From Candidatus Nomurabacteria bacterium (lineage in GTDB: Bacteria > Patescibacteriota > Minisyncoccia > Phycocordibacterales > UBA9973): 64,000 nt of DNA. Position 1 is the first letter of the stretch, and the number at the start of each line of letters is the position of its first letter. The stretch covers positions 98,736 to 162,735 of the forward strand of contig JAHFNS010000001.1 of NCBI GenBank assembly GCA_023267215.1, read 5' to 3'. This document shows positions 29,700 to 37,623 of the stretch, piece by piece. Position numbers and translations under genes: made by a program. Under the pieces are notes generated by a model. It made no database searches, was not told the DNA's origin, and worked only from the letters and a program-made list of their open reading frames with translations.

Positions 29700-30626
29700 T
29701 TATTTTTCTAACTCTTCTTTTAATAAAGGCGAGATTTGTTTTCTCATAATTATACCTTCTTTTTGAGCTAAATTATCTTCAAAACTAACATTTAAAATTT
29801 TTTTAACTAAATCTTTTGTATTTTTGTCATCACTTATAAGGTAAGTCTTTTCTTTTTCTAAATCAATAGCACTCAAAAAAATAAAATCTAAACTTTCTTC
29901 ATCCTTTACTTTATTTATTATTTCTATAATCTCATCAATCCTTTCTCTCATTAATTTTTCTACTCCAATCATTTCGATCTGAGCGATACCGAATTTTTTA
30001 TTAGCAATATTATATAAAGCTAAGTCTCCTGTAATTCTGTTAATAAGCTTTTCACCTGATAAGTCTGATTTTGCTTCAAAAAGTTCCTTCCAAAAATTAT
30101 CAGGTAATTTTGCAATTTTATTAAGATACTCTGCTATTTTTTTATCTCTATCTGTCGTAACACCTCCTTTGAAGTTAGAAGTATTAGATATTACTGCAGT
30201 TAAAAGTAGAATTGCTGATTTTTGAGATATCTCTATTTTTTTTTCCATAAATTTTTCAGCGATTAAAGTAGCAACTGAATCAACTAGTTCAATCTGAACT
30301 TTTGCATTTGGAAATTTATCAGCTTCATGAATTTTTCTATGGTCTATAATCTCAACAACCTTTTCTAGTTCAATATTTCCTTCAACTCCATTCAAATCAG
30401 AAGTATCGATAAGTACAACTTCATCAAAATCTTTGGAATTTAAAATAACTGCGGGATATTCAAAATTAAAACGATCTAAAACATACTTGGCTTCATCGTG
30501 AAGTTCTCCCATTACACCAATAATATTATTCCTCCCAGTTTTTTCTAAAAACTCCGAATAAGCAAAAATTCCAGCCACACCGTCTATATCAGGATTTACA
30601 TATGATGTTACTAGTAATTTTGACAT
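29700..30626 (-). CDS. DHH/DHHA2 phosphoesterase, family II inorganic pyrophosphatase (PpaC)-like with substituted catalytic residues
   Basis: MSKLLVTSYVNPDIDGVAG aligns to PpaC MSKILVFGHQNPDTDAIAS. LIDTSD (motif II). IIDHRK where DHH is expected. ISNTS where ISDT is expected. C-terminal MRKQ (RK pair). Confidence 0.7.
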   Translation of the reverse strand: MSKLLVTSYVNPDIDGVAGIFAYSEFLEKTGRNNIIGVMGELHDEAKYVLDRFNFEYPAVILNSKDFDEVVLIDTSDLNGVEGNIELEKVVEIIDHRKIHEADKFPNAKVQIELVDSVATLIAEKFMEKKIEISQKSAILLLTAVISNTSNFKGGVTTDRDKKIAEYLNKIAKLPDNFWKELFEAKSDLSGEKLINRITGDLALYNIANKKFGIAQIEMIGVEKLMRERIDEIIEIINKVKDEESLDFIFLSAIDLEKEKTYLISDDKNTKDLVKKILNVSFEDNLAQKEGIIMRKQISPLLKEELEK

Positions 30627-30630
30627 ATAT

Positions 30631-30978
30631 TTATCTATATACTTTAGACTTATGATATTTTTCTTGAAAATAGGTTAATTTTTCTATTTCAGATATATTA
30701 TAATCTTTTCCATCAGTAACTATCAATTTTATTTCTCCATCCTCGCCTCTTTTTATTCCAGCAATAACTACTCCTTCAAACTCTTTTAATGACTCAGTCG
30801 GACCTAAAACATAAGCATCTATCTCTTCATTATCTGCTTCTGAAAGAGTGTCTGGTATAAAACCATAATTAACAGGATAAATAGTTTCAAATCTAGGGTC
30901 TGGATGTTTTGTCCCTAAAGGCCTATCCATCACAACTTTCACCTTTTTGCCTAACCAAATTTTTATTTCTTCTGGCAT
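30631..30978 (-). CDS. truncated family I inorganic pyrophosphatase-like protein with degenerate DGDPxD motif
   Basis: YPVNYGFIPDTLSEADNEEIDAYVLGP aligns to PPase YPxNYGFIPxTLxxDGDPxDVLVL with the Asp residues replaced (A, N, E). 115 aa against the usual ~175 aa. Confidence 0.6.
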   Translation of the reverse strand: MPEEIKIWLGKKVKVVMDRPLGTKHPDPRFETIYPVNYGFIPDTLSEADNEEIDAYVLGPTESLKEFEGVVIAGIKRGEDGEIKLIVTDGKDYNISEIEKLTYFQEKYHKSKVYR

Positions 30979-30991
30979 AAAATTGTTATGC

Positions 30992-31429
30992 TTATTTTTC
31001 TTTTTTTATAATATCCTTTTTGCCATCTGAATAACCCTCAATGACTTCAATTTCTTCAGGATTAGAAAAATATTCAATAGTATTAGCTAAAGCAGCTTTC
31101 TTAAATAATTCATTTGAATAAACAGCAGGTATCCCCTCTGAACAAGAAAGAGTTATATGAGAGTACTCATTTTTTGATTTTAGGTTTTCAACCAAGAGAG
31201 CATCTCCTTTTTCATCATATGCACGTCCAATAATTTTCATTATAGTTTCTTTTCCTATTTCTATTCCATCCAAATTATCAGGTTTAAATGCAATAGTTGA
31301 ATGATGCCCAAAAACTTTTTTATGTTTAGGTGGAAATTTCTTTAATAAATTTTGTACATCTTTTACAAATTCAGCTGTGTACATTATAAATATCTTCTCT
31401 TTATTTTCTAAATTACTTTGTTCAATCAT
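30992..31429 (-). CDS. 2H phosphoesterase-like protein (two HxT/S motifs)
   Basis: GHHSTIAF and SHITLSCS (H-x-T-x twice) spaced as in LigT/2',3'-cyclic phosphodiesterase family. 145 aa. Confidence 0.5.
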   Translation of the reverse strand: MIEQSNLENKEKIFIMYTAEFVKDVQNLLKKFPPKHKKVFGHHSTIAFKPDNLDGIEIGKETIMKIIGRAYDEKGDALLVENLKSKNEYSHITLSCSEGIPAVYSNELFKKAALANTIEYFSNPEEIEVIEGYSDGKKDIIKKEK

Positions 31430-31448
31430 AACTTTATTATACCAAAAC

Positions 31449-31745
31449 CTAAATTAAAAAAAGTAAAATTACAAAAAGGACTACAAAACAAGCGAAAAAA
31501 CCTACGACTTTAGCAAAGAAAAGCATAGCTTCTTGTTTTTTATTTTCTATTAGTAACTGTAATGGTCGAGCTAAAAACAAGAACCCCATAACTGCAGCTG
31601 ATAATACAAAAAGACTCAACATTGTCATTGGAATTATGATGGTATCTTCTTGGTTTTTTATAAAAGAAATTACCGTGCTCATAGATAAAACTAAAAGGAC
31701 AATATATAAAGCAGCCTCTACTGCACATAAAAATGGTTTTTTCAT
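31449..31745 (-). CDS. small polytopic membrane protein
   Basis: 98 aa, three hydrophobic helices. Confidence 0.4.
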   Translation of the reverse strand: MKKPFLCAVEAALYIVLLVLSMSTVISFIKNQEDTIIIPMTMLSLFVLSAAVMGFLFLARPLQLLIENKKQEAMLFFAKVVGFFACFVVLFVILLFLI

Positions 31746-31789
31746 ATACTTAGATTATATCAAATTTAAATTAAAAAGTATTAGCTGCT

Positions 31790-31801
31790 GGGAGGCTCGG
31801 G
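31790..31801 (+). repeat. 11-12 nt direct repeat of the tRNA-Gln 3' end (gctgggaggct), candidate att remnant
   Basis: Same 11-mer as plus-strand 33556..33566 (acceptor 3' strand, discriminator and first C of CCA of tRNA-Gln), in the same orientation. GC-rich, so unlikely by chance in this genome. Confidence 0.4.
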
Positions 31802-31881
31802 CTGGGACCCCTTGATTCCTTACCTCATAATGTTATTTTTAACTCTTTTATTATATCAAAACGACGTATCTCGAGCACTAA

Positions 31882-32550
31882 TTATAAATCACTTTTTCCA
31901 ATATTACATACTGAGCAAAGTGTCTGTAAATTTTCTAAAACAGTTTCTCCACCTTTCGCCCATGCCTTTATGTGGTCAACATGCAGAATAATACTTGGGT
32001 CAGTTGCAGGTGACCTCCCACAATTTTTACATTTAAAATTGTCTTGTCTCATAACAACAAAGCGGAGTCTCCAATTTATTGTTCTTGATGTTTTATGTTT
32101 TGTGCTTGGCTCAATTCTAAATTTTTTTACTGCTTCTTCAGAAGAGACATCTTCTTCTTTGTTCATATATGTAACAAATTTCTCTAATGCTTTATGCCAA
32201 CCACCAAAACGTCTTGCGTAGGTATCAACACTGTATTTTGAAAATGGTTTCAGAATATCCCCATATTTAGGTTGTTTGCCAAGTTTTATCCAAATTTCTT
32301 CTAGATTCTTAAACAACTCTTCTTCTGGGAGATTCATTGGTGTTCTATTATCTTTAAGATTGGCTTTTTCTAACGCAGTATGCCAACTTCCAAAACGACG
32401 AATATAAGTTGTACTATGAAATTTCCCTTTTTTATCTTGTTCATCACGAGTAATTGAAGGTTTATTCAACATTAAAGCAAGTCCCCTTAAATCAGCGACC
32501 AGTTCTTCGTCTGTAACACCACGATGATAATCTTCGAGTTCAAATTTCAT
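31882..32550 (-). CDS. HNH endonuclease with two N-terminal HNH-associated repeats
   Basis: C-terminal CKNCGRS...HVDHIKAWAKGG...NLQTLCSVCN (HNH). Repeats RRFGSWHTALEKANL / RRFGGWHKALEKFV. Start taken at MKFELEDY to avoid overlap (track ORF runs to 32664). Confidence 0.8.
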   Translation of the reverse strand: MKFELEDYHRGVTDEELVADLRGLALMLNKPSITRDEQDKKGKFHSTTYIRRFGSWHTALEKANLKDNRTPMNLPEEELFKNLEEIWIKLGKQPKYGDILKPFSKYSVDTYARRFGGWHKALEKFVTYMNKEEDVSSEEAVKKFRIEPSTKHKTSRTINWRLRFVVMRQDNFKCKNCGRSPATDPSIILHVDHIKAWAKGGETVLENLQTLCSVCNIGKSDL

Positions 32551-32584
32551 AATTTTATTATACCAAAATAACGTCTTTCTAGTG

Positions 32585-33154
32585 TTATTGTTCAGCAATC
32601 TCTTCAATAGATTCTCTGGTAATTCTAATTTTTTTTCCAGTCGGAAGAGTGATAACCGATTCAATTTTTAGAATTAATTCTAAAGGTTCTAATTGGTTAT
32701 CTTCTACTCGAATTTCTCCTGTTTTCTCATCAAGCACAACATGAGCTTTTTCAGAATTTCCATCTCGTTTGCCAATTATTAAATGCATATCGCCAACTTC
32801 TTTGGAGCGCGATTCAATAAATAGTCCCTCGGCGTCCAATCGATTTTTAAAAGTTTTGGTTGAGCTCTTTATATGATTCAAGATTTCATCTATAAAAATT
32901 CTCCAAATCTCAAGCCTTGTGTGTGCAGTCATTACATTATGAAAACCTGGTTTAAGTTGTGTTCTCAATCCACTGTTTAACTTTTTAAACTTTAGTTGTA
33001 AAATTTCATCATCTAAATTTTTTACAATATCAGTAAGCTCAGACCTAATTTTAGATTCAACGCTTTCTAATCTTTCTCTCTCTAAAAGATCTTGACCGCC
33101 CAATAAATAGCATCTATCTATTTCTTGTAATAATAATTTTAAAATATGTTCCAT
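32585..33154 (-). CDS. hypothetical protein (189 aa)
   Basis: ORF between the HNH gene and tRNA-Gln. No motif recognised. Confidence 0.45.
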   Translation of the reverse strand: MEHILKLLLQEIDRCYLLGGQDLLERERLESVESKIRSELTDIVKNLDDEILQLKFKKLNSGLRTQLKPGFHNVMTAHTRLEIWRIFIDEILNHIKSSTKTFKNRLDAEGLFIESRSKEVGDMHLIIGKRDGNSEKAHVVLDEKTGEIRVEDNQLEPLELILKIESVITLPTGKKIRITRESIEEIAEQ

Positions 33155-33188
33155 ATATTTGACGCATCTCGAGCAATGATAAAATCAA

Positions 33189-33476
33189 TTAACCTTTTAC
33201 AAAAGTTATAATGACAAGTGCTATTGTAGCCAATGCAAGTATGCCTGTAGCAATAGCTAAAATCCAGGTAGCACGAACAAGTGCATCGGTGTGTTTGTCT
33301 GAAGAACTTGATGCTTTCTCAATCGCGTCTTTTGCGTAACTCAAAGCCGTCGATGTTTTTGAGCCTGAATTAAATATAGCAACTGTTAGTTTATGGATTG
33401 CACGATTTATGCCTGTACCAACAGTACCTCCATTTTGATTTATATCGTCCCAGCCATCTAATTCAAAATTTCCCAT
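33189..33476 (-). CDS. small tail-anchored membrane protein
   Basis: 95 aa, single C-terminal TM (ILAIATGILALATIALVIITFV). Confidence 0.4.
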   Translation of the reverse strand: MGNFELDGWDDINQNGGTVGTGINRAIHKLTVAIFNSGSKTSTALSYAKDAIEKASSSSDKHTDALVRATWILAIATGILALATIALVIITFVKG

Positions 33477-33553
33477 ATGTTTAAAAAATATTTGTAAACA
33501 AGCTTACAACTTGCAGATGAGAAGGAACTCGAGCGCGCGAACCTAGCTCAAAC

Positions 33554-33627
33554 TGGCTGGGAGGCTTGGAATCGAACCAAAATTGATCGCTTCAAAGGCG
33601 ACTGTCCTACCGTTAGACGACCTCCCA
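33554..33627 (-). tRNA. tRNA-Gln (anticodon UUG), CCA encoded
   Basis: Reverse complement reads TGGGAGG TC GTCT AACGGTA GGAC A GTCGC CTTTGAA GCGAT CAATT TTGGT TCGATTC CAAGC CCTCCCA G CCA. It has U1-A72, G73, GG in the D-loop, a TTCGATT T-loop, and anticodon loop CU-UUG-AA. Confidence 0.8.
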
Positions 33628-33630
33628 AAA

Positions 33631-34326
33631 TTATTTTTTTATTATATTTTCAAAAATACCTTCTGACCAACCTGCTATTTTTCTTACCAAACTTGAACTT
33701 TCCCTAACCTTTATTTTTAATACTCCATGATACTTTTCATTGGTATTTTTGCGATTGGTCGTCAATTTATTTCTTTTCCAATAAACAGCAGAAAAGTTAT
33801 TGATAGGAAAACCTGTTACTTTTGACCAATATTTCCTTACTTCTTCAACTCTATCTTTATGGGTTTGATGAAGAAATATATTAAAGATTAGCATATTTTT
33901 ATTGATTTTGCACACCCTAATAAGCCAAATTAAAAAGACCTGTATCATTTTGGGATCCATGTTAGAAAATTGAAGTTGAGATCCTGGGTAGTATTCTTTT
34001 TCCTTTGCACCTTCTGCCCAATACATAATAACTCCTATTAAAAATAATTCTTTACTAGTAATAGTATTAATTTCTAAATTGGCTTGCGTGAAAATTTTAT
34101 TTTGTTTTTCTATTCTTTGTTTTCTTTTCGCATCACCACCTCTCTGAGAAGCGGCTAATCTTTCTTTCGTAATTCTTTGTTTTTGTTTTTTACCTAGTTT
34201 TACAGATTGTAACCAAATAGCCAAAGTTGATTTTGCAATAGGGACAATAGACAAAATTTCAGAATAAGTCTTCCCTTCTTTGCGTAATTTTATAACTAAT
34301 TCTTTTTCTTTTGTTTTTTCTATCAT
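33631..34326 (-). CDS. HTH-domain protein (resolvase/transposase-type N-terminal HTH), function unknown
   Basis: N-terminal KELVIKLRKEGKTYSEILSIVPIAKSTLAIWLQ helix-turn-helix. Central IGVIMYWAEGAKE weakly LAGLIDADG-like. Immediately upstream of tRNA-Gln. Confidence 0.5.
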   Translation of the reverse strand: MIEKTKEKELVIKLRKEGKTYSEILSIVPIAKSTLAIWLQSVKLGKKQKQRITKERLAASQRGGDAKRKQRIEKQNKIFTQANLEINTITSKELFLIGVIMYWAEGAKEKEYYPGSQLQFSNMDPKMIQVFLIWLIRVCKINKNMLIFNIFLHQTHKDRVEEVRKYWSKVTGFPINNFSAVYWKRNKLTTNRKNTNEKYHGVLKIKVRESSSLVRKIAGWSEGIFENIIKK

Positions 34327-34373
34327 AGGTAGGATACAAGTATTATAACACCTTACCTATGTTTAAATCAATT

Positions 34374-34592
34374 TTATCTTTTTACTTTTTTAGATTTAAC
34401 AACACCATTTTTGAACCAAAAACCAACAGTACTTTTACCTATTTTTAATTTATCTGCTATCTGACAAAAACTAAAACCTTTTTTTCTAAGCATTGCTGCT
34501 TTTTCTTTAATTTTTAAACTATGTGAAATCATATATATTAACAATATACTTTTATATTTTAATAATGTGAAGTAATGTAAATAGAAGTACAA
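34374..34592 (-). CDS. small HTH protein, paralog of the N-terminus of 33631..34326
   Basis: KEKAAMLRKKGFSFCQIADKLKIGKSTVGFWFKNG aligns with the HTH of the neighbouring gene. Confidence 0.4.
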   Translation of the reverse strand: MYFYLHYFTLLKYKSILLIYMISHSLKIKEKAAMLRKKGFSFCQIADKLKIGKSTVGFWFKNGVVKSKKVKR

Positions 34593-35350
34593 GCATTAAT
34601 ATTATTATTTTGACATAAAGTAATCGTACTAGAACCAGCAGAAAGAGCTGTGATTATAGCTGATGTATTGTTATTGTTGTAGTAATTATTATTTATTGAA
34701 GTAGAACATAATTGCCCTGTGATAGAACTATATAATGTATTTGTAGTACATCCTGGAATATATGAAGAATATCCTAAATTGTTCGTTCCACTACATAATT
34801 GTCCAGTAGTAATACTATACAAATAACCTGAAGCGCAACCTGGAATAGTAGAATTGGAAGAAGTATATGATACAGAAGCAACACTTGGATTGGTATTTCC
34901 TGATACATATAATCCAGTTGAAGTAGCAGATGAAATAGTTGCTGAGTTTCCAACAGAAAGAGAAAGGCCAGATAAATTAAAACCAGAAGTATTGGTAGAG
35001 TTGATACCTACACCTGTCACATAAACATAAATAGTACCACAAGAACTCGCATCATTGGTCTGGCAAACAGTTATTGTGTCATTACCACTAGTGTTACCGT
35101 AAATCGAAATAGTATTACCACTTACATATGCTGTGGCTATGCTTTGATTATAATTACTAGAAATATAATAACTCATATAGTTATAGTTGTAACTATAACT
35201 ACTGTTATATATAGTGACAGTAGACGTCTGTCCGACAGTAAGAGAAAGACTTGTCTGACTCATGGAAAGTGTAGAAGCATATACACTATTACTAAAAGCT
35301 AAAAAAGCACTAAACACAAGACACATTGCGACTAATTTTTTTATTTTCAT
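34559..35350 (-). CDS. secreted Ser/Thr/Asn/Tyr-rich low-complexity surface protein
   Basis: Signal peptide MKIKKLVAMCLVFSAFLAFSNSVYAS. YNYNY and repeated ITGQLCS motifs. Ends ...TLCQNNNINACTSIYITSHY. Confidence 0.55.
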   Translation of the reverse strand: MKIKKLVAMCLVFSAFLAFSNSVYASTLSMSQTSLSLTVGQTSTVTIYNSSYSYNYNYMSYYISSNYNQSIATAYVSGNTISIYGNTSGNDTITVCQTNDASSCGTIYVYVTGVGINSTNTSGFNLSGLSLSVGNSATISSATSTGLYVSGNTNPSVASVSYTSSNSTIPGCASGYLYSITTGQLCSGTNNLGYSSYIPGCTTNTLYSSITGQLCSTSINNNYYNNNNTSAIITALSAGSSTITLCQNNNINACTSIYITSHY

Positions 35351-35398
35351 ATTTATATTAATAAATTAACTGTTAATAATTTCGACTATTATTTATAA

Positions 35399-36442
35399 TT
35401 ACTCTTTTGAAAGAATTTTTATTAAAGCAAGTTCTAATGGAAGTTCTCCTATAAAAGCTCTATCTATGTCATTAAAAGATTCTAATAAAATTGACAATGA
35501 ATGAGAATCAAATTGAGTTTTTATTAAACTTTTTAAAAATTCTAAATCTTCTTCTCCTAAATCCCCTGCCATTTCTTTTTCCAATTTTGGTGCATACCTT
35601 AGAATAACTGCCATACGAAATTTTTCTATGATAAGTTTAAAATAAAGTTTTATATCTAAATTTTCTCCTACCGCTTTTTTGATAGTCGCAATTCCTTTTT
35701 CTAAATCTTTTTCTGCTATAGCAGAGATATAATCATTTACCAAAGTCGTCTTAGGTGCGCCGGTTATCTTTTCTACATCTCTCCTAACTATTTTGCTTAT
35801 CTTTTTTCCTTTTGCATCAACAGAGAAATTTAAAACTTTTTGTAATGTACCTAATGCATCTCGGAAAGAACCATCTCCCAATATTGCTATGAGTTCTGCC
35901 ACACCACTTTCTAATTCATAACCTTCTTTTTTGGCAACATCCAAAACCATATTTTTAGCAATGACATTGGAAGCTTTTCTAAATGTAAAAACCTGACAAC
36001 GAGAAACAATTGTCTCTGGCACTTTGTGCACTTCTGTTGTAGCCAGAATAAAAATAACATGTTTTGGAGGCTCTTCTAAAGTCTTCAATAATGCACCCCA
36101 AGCATCTTTGGAAAGCATATGAACCTCGTCTATTATGTAAACTTTATATTTTGAGTCAAAAGGAAGGACTCTAGCCCCGTCCCGAAGGGCTCTAATGTCC
36201 TCTATACCTCGATTTGAGGCGGCATCTATCTCATAAAGGTCATTCTCTGAGACTCCAATTTCCTTAGCGAAAATACGAGCCACAGAGGTTTTTCCTATGC
36301 CTCTAGAACCCACAAAAAGGTAAGCATGTGAGACTTTATTAGTCTCAACAGAGCTTTCTAAAACCTTCACAATATGGTCTTGCCCAACGACTTCCTTGAA
36401 AGTTTTGGGTCGGTATTTACGATATAAAGCAAGGTCGTGCAT
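35399..36442 (-). CDS. dnaX: DNA polymerase III gamma/tau subunit (clamp loader ATPase)
   Basis: YRPKTFKEVVGQDHIVKVLESSV...HAYLFVGSRGIGKTSVARIFAKEI (Walker A), DEVHML (Walker B), SRCQ sensor. 347 aa, short form. Confidence 0.85.
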   Translation of the reverse strand: MHDLALYRKYRPKTFKEVVGQDHIVKVLESSVETNKVSHAYLFVGSRGIGKTSVARIFAKEIGVSENDLYEIDAASNRGIEDIRALRDGARVLPFDSKYKVYIIDEVHMLSKDAWGALLKTLEEPPKHVIFILATTEVHKVPETIVSRCQVFTFRKASNVIAKNMVLDVAKKEGYELESGVAELIAILGDGSFRDALGTLQKVLNFSVDAKGKKISKIVRRDVEKITGAPKTTLVNDYISAIAEKDLEKGIATIKKAVGENLDIKLYFKLIIEKFRMAVILRYAPKLEKEMAGDLGEEDLEFLKSLIKTQFDSHSLSILLESFNDIDRAFIGELPLELALIKILSKE

Positions 36443-36454
36443 TAACTAACTATA

Positions 36455-37462
36455 TCAAATTTTTTTTAAAAAATCACGAATTATTTTTTCTACTTCTTTA
36501 GAATTTTCTGTCTCCATTAATTTTGCACGTAATTCTTTCGCACCAGGAAAATCATTTACATACGCTTTGAAATGTTTTTTCATGACAGCAAAACTTTTAT
36601 GTTTTGGTATCGCAAGCTCTTTATCAAAAAGTTGAGTGTGTTCCATGAGAACTTCTAGTTTTTCTTCTACCCTCTCCTTTTCAAGGAGAGGGGTTGGGGG
36701 TGAGGTGAATACCCAAGGATTTCCAAAAACTCCCCTACCTATCATTATTCCATCACAACCATACTTTTCTGCTTTCTCTTCCGCATCTTTTAAATCTTTA
36801 ACATCACCATTGCCAATGAGCAAAATATCTTTGCCACTTTTTTTAATAAGCTCTTTTATTTTTTTAATGTAATCCCAATTTGCAGGAACGAGAGATAATT
36901 CTTTTGTTGTTCGTAAATGAATCGTCAAAGCAGAAATATCTTCCTTTAATAATTCTGGTATCCAATTATCAATATCTTCCCTATTGAAACCAACTCTCGT
37001 TTTGACAGACACTGGGATATGAAGCCCTGCAGATTTTATTCCAGCATGAGCAGCCTGTATTATTTTTCTAGCAAGTTGTGGTGTCTTTATCAAACCCGAG
37101 CCAGCACCTTGAGCAACGACAGATTTGTCTGGACAACCCATATTTATATCTATTCCATCAAAACCGAGACTAGCAATATAACTACAAGCTTTTTCCATAT
37201 TCTCCGGGTTAGCACCGAAAACTTGAGCGATGATAGGTCTCTCAGCTTCAGAATATTTTAAAATGTGAGAAAGTTTCTTTTTGGCGAGTTTATTACACAA
37301 GCCATCAGCCGCCACAAACTCTGTCCAGAAAACGACGCTGTTTCTATTTTCTCTGTTCTTACTATATTTCGCCAAGATACGACGAAAAGCAATGTCAGTG
37401 ACATCCGACATCGGTGCAAGGCAGAAAAATGGTTTTTTAAGTTTTCTCCAGAAATTTTGCAT
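36455..37462 (-). CDS. tRNA-dihydrouridine synthase (DusB-like)
   Basis: FCLAPMSDVTDIAFRRI, MIGRGVFGNPWVF, TIM-barrel FMN motifs. Carries an in-frame palindromic element (TSPPTPLLEKERV) right after GNPWVF. Confidence 0.85.
   Translation of the reverse strand: MQNFWRKLKKPFFCLAPMSDVTDIAFRRILAKYSKNRENRNSVVFWTEFVAADGLCNKLAKKKLSHILKYSEAERPIIAQVFGANPENMEKACSYIASLGFDGIDINMGCPDKSVVAQGAGSGLIKTPQLARKIIQAAHAGIKSAGLHIPVSVKTRVGFNREDIDNWIPELLKEDISALTIHLRTTKELSLVPANWDYIKKIKELIKKSGKDILLIGNGDVKDLKDAEEKAEKYGCDGIMIGRGVFGNPWVFTSPPTPLLEKERVEEKLEVLMEHTQLFDKELAIPKHKSFAVMKKHFKAYVNDFPGAKELRAKLMETENSKEVEKIIRDFLKKI
36655..36725. repeat. family B palindromic element, copy 3 (inside dus, in-frame)
   Basis: ttcacctcaccccc-aa-cccctctcctt-ttc-aaggagaggg-tagaggaaaaa. 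Read in-frame as FTSPPTPLLEKERVEE on the minus strand. Confidence 0.7.
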
Positions 37463-37623
37463 AATTTTAAAAGAAATAAGAAATAATTTTTAGAAAGCCT
37501 TGCGCAAGAGCTTAGAAAATAAAGGAGGTATTCCGACTATTATTTTCTTGAGCGACGAGCAGTTCGCTGGCAAAGCTTTGCCAGATAGATTGCTTTATAA
37601 AAATTGATTTCTTGTTTCTCGCT

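Noticed and set aside
31785-31830. Possible tRNA fragment (GC-rich ctgggaggctcgggctgggacccc)
   Set aside because: It does not fold into a T-arm or acceptor cloverleaf. It is kept only as an 11-nt direct repeat of the tRNA-Gln 3' end.
33481-33553. Possible second tRNA adjacent to tRNA-Gln (gaactcgagcgcgcgaacc region)
   Set aside because: It has no cloverleaf or anticodon arm. It is likely just the tRNA-Gln 3' flank.
36636-36872. Plus-strand 78-aa ORF inside dus
   Set aside because: It is antisense to the Dus frame. It exists because the family B palindrome reads open on both strands.
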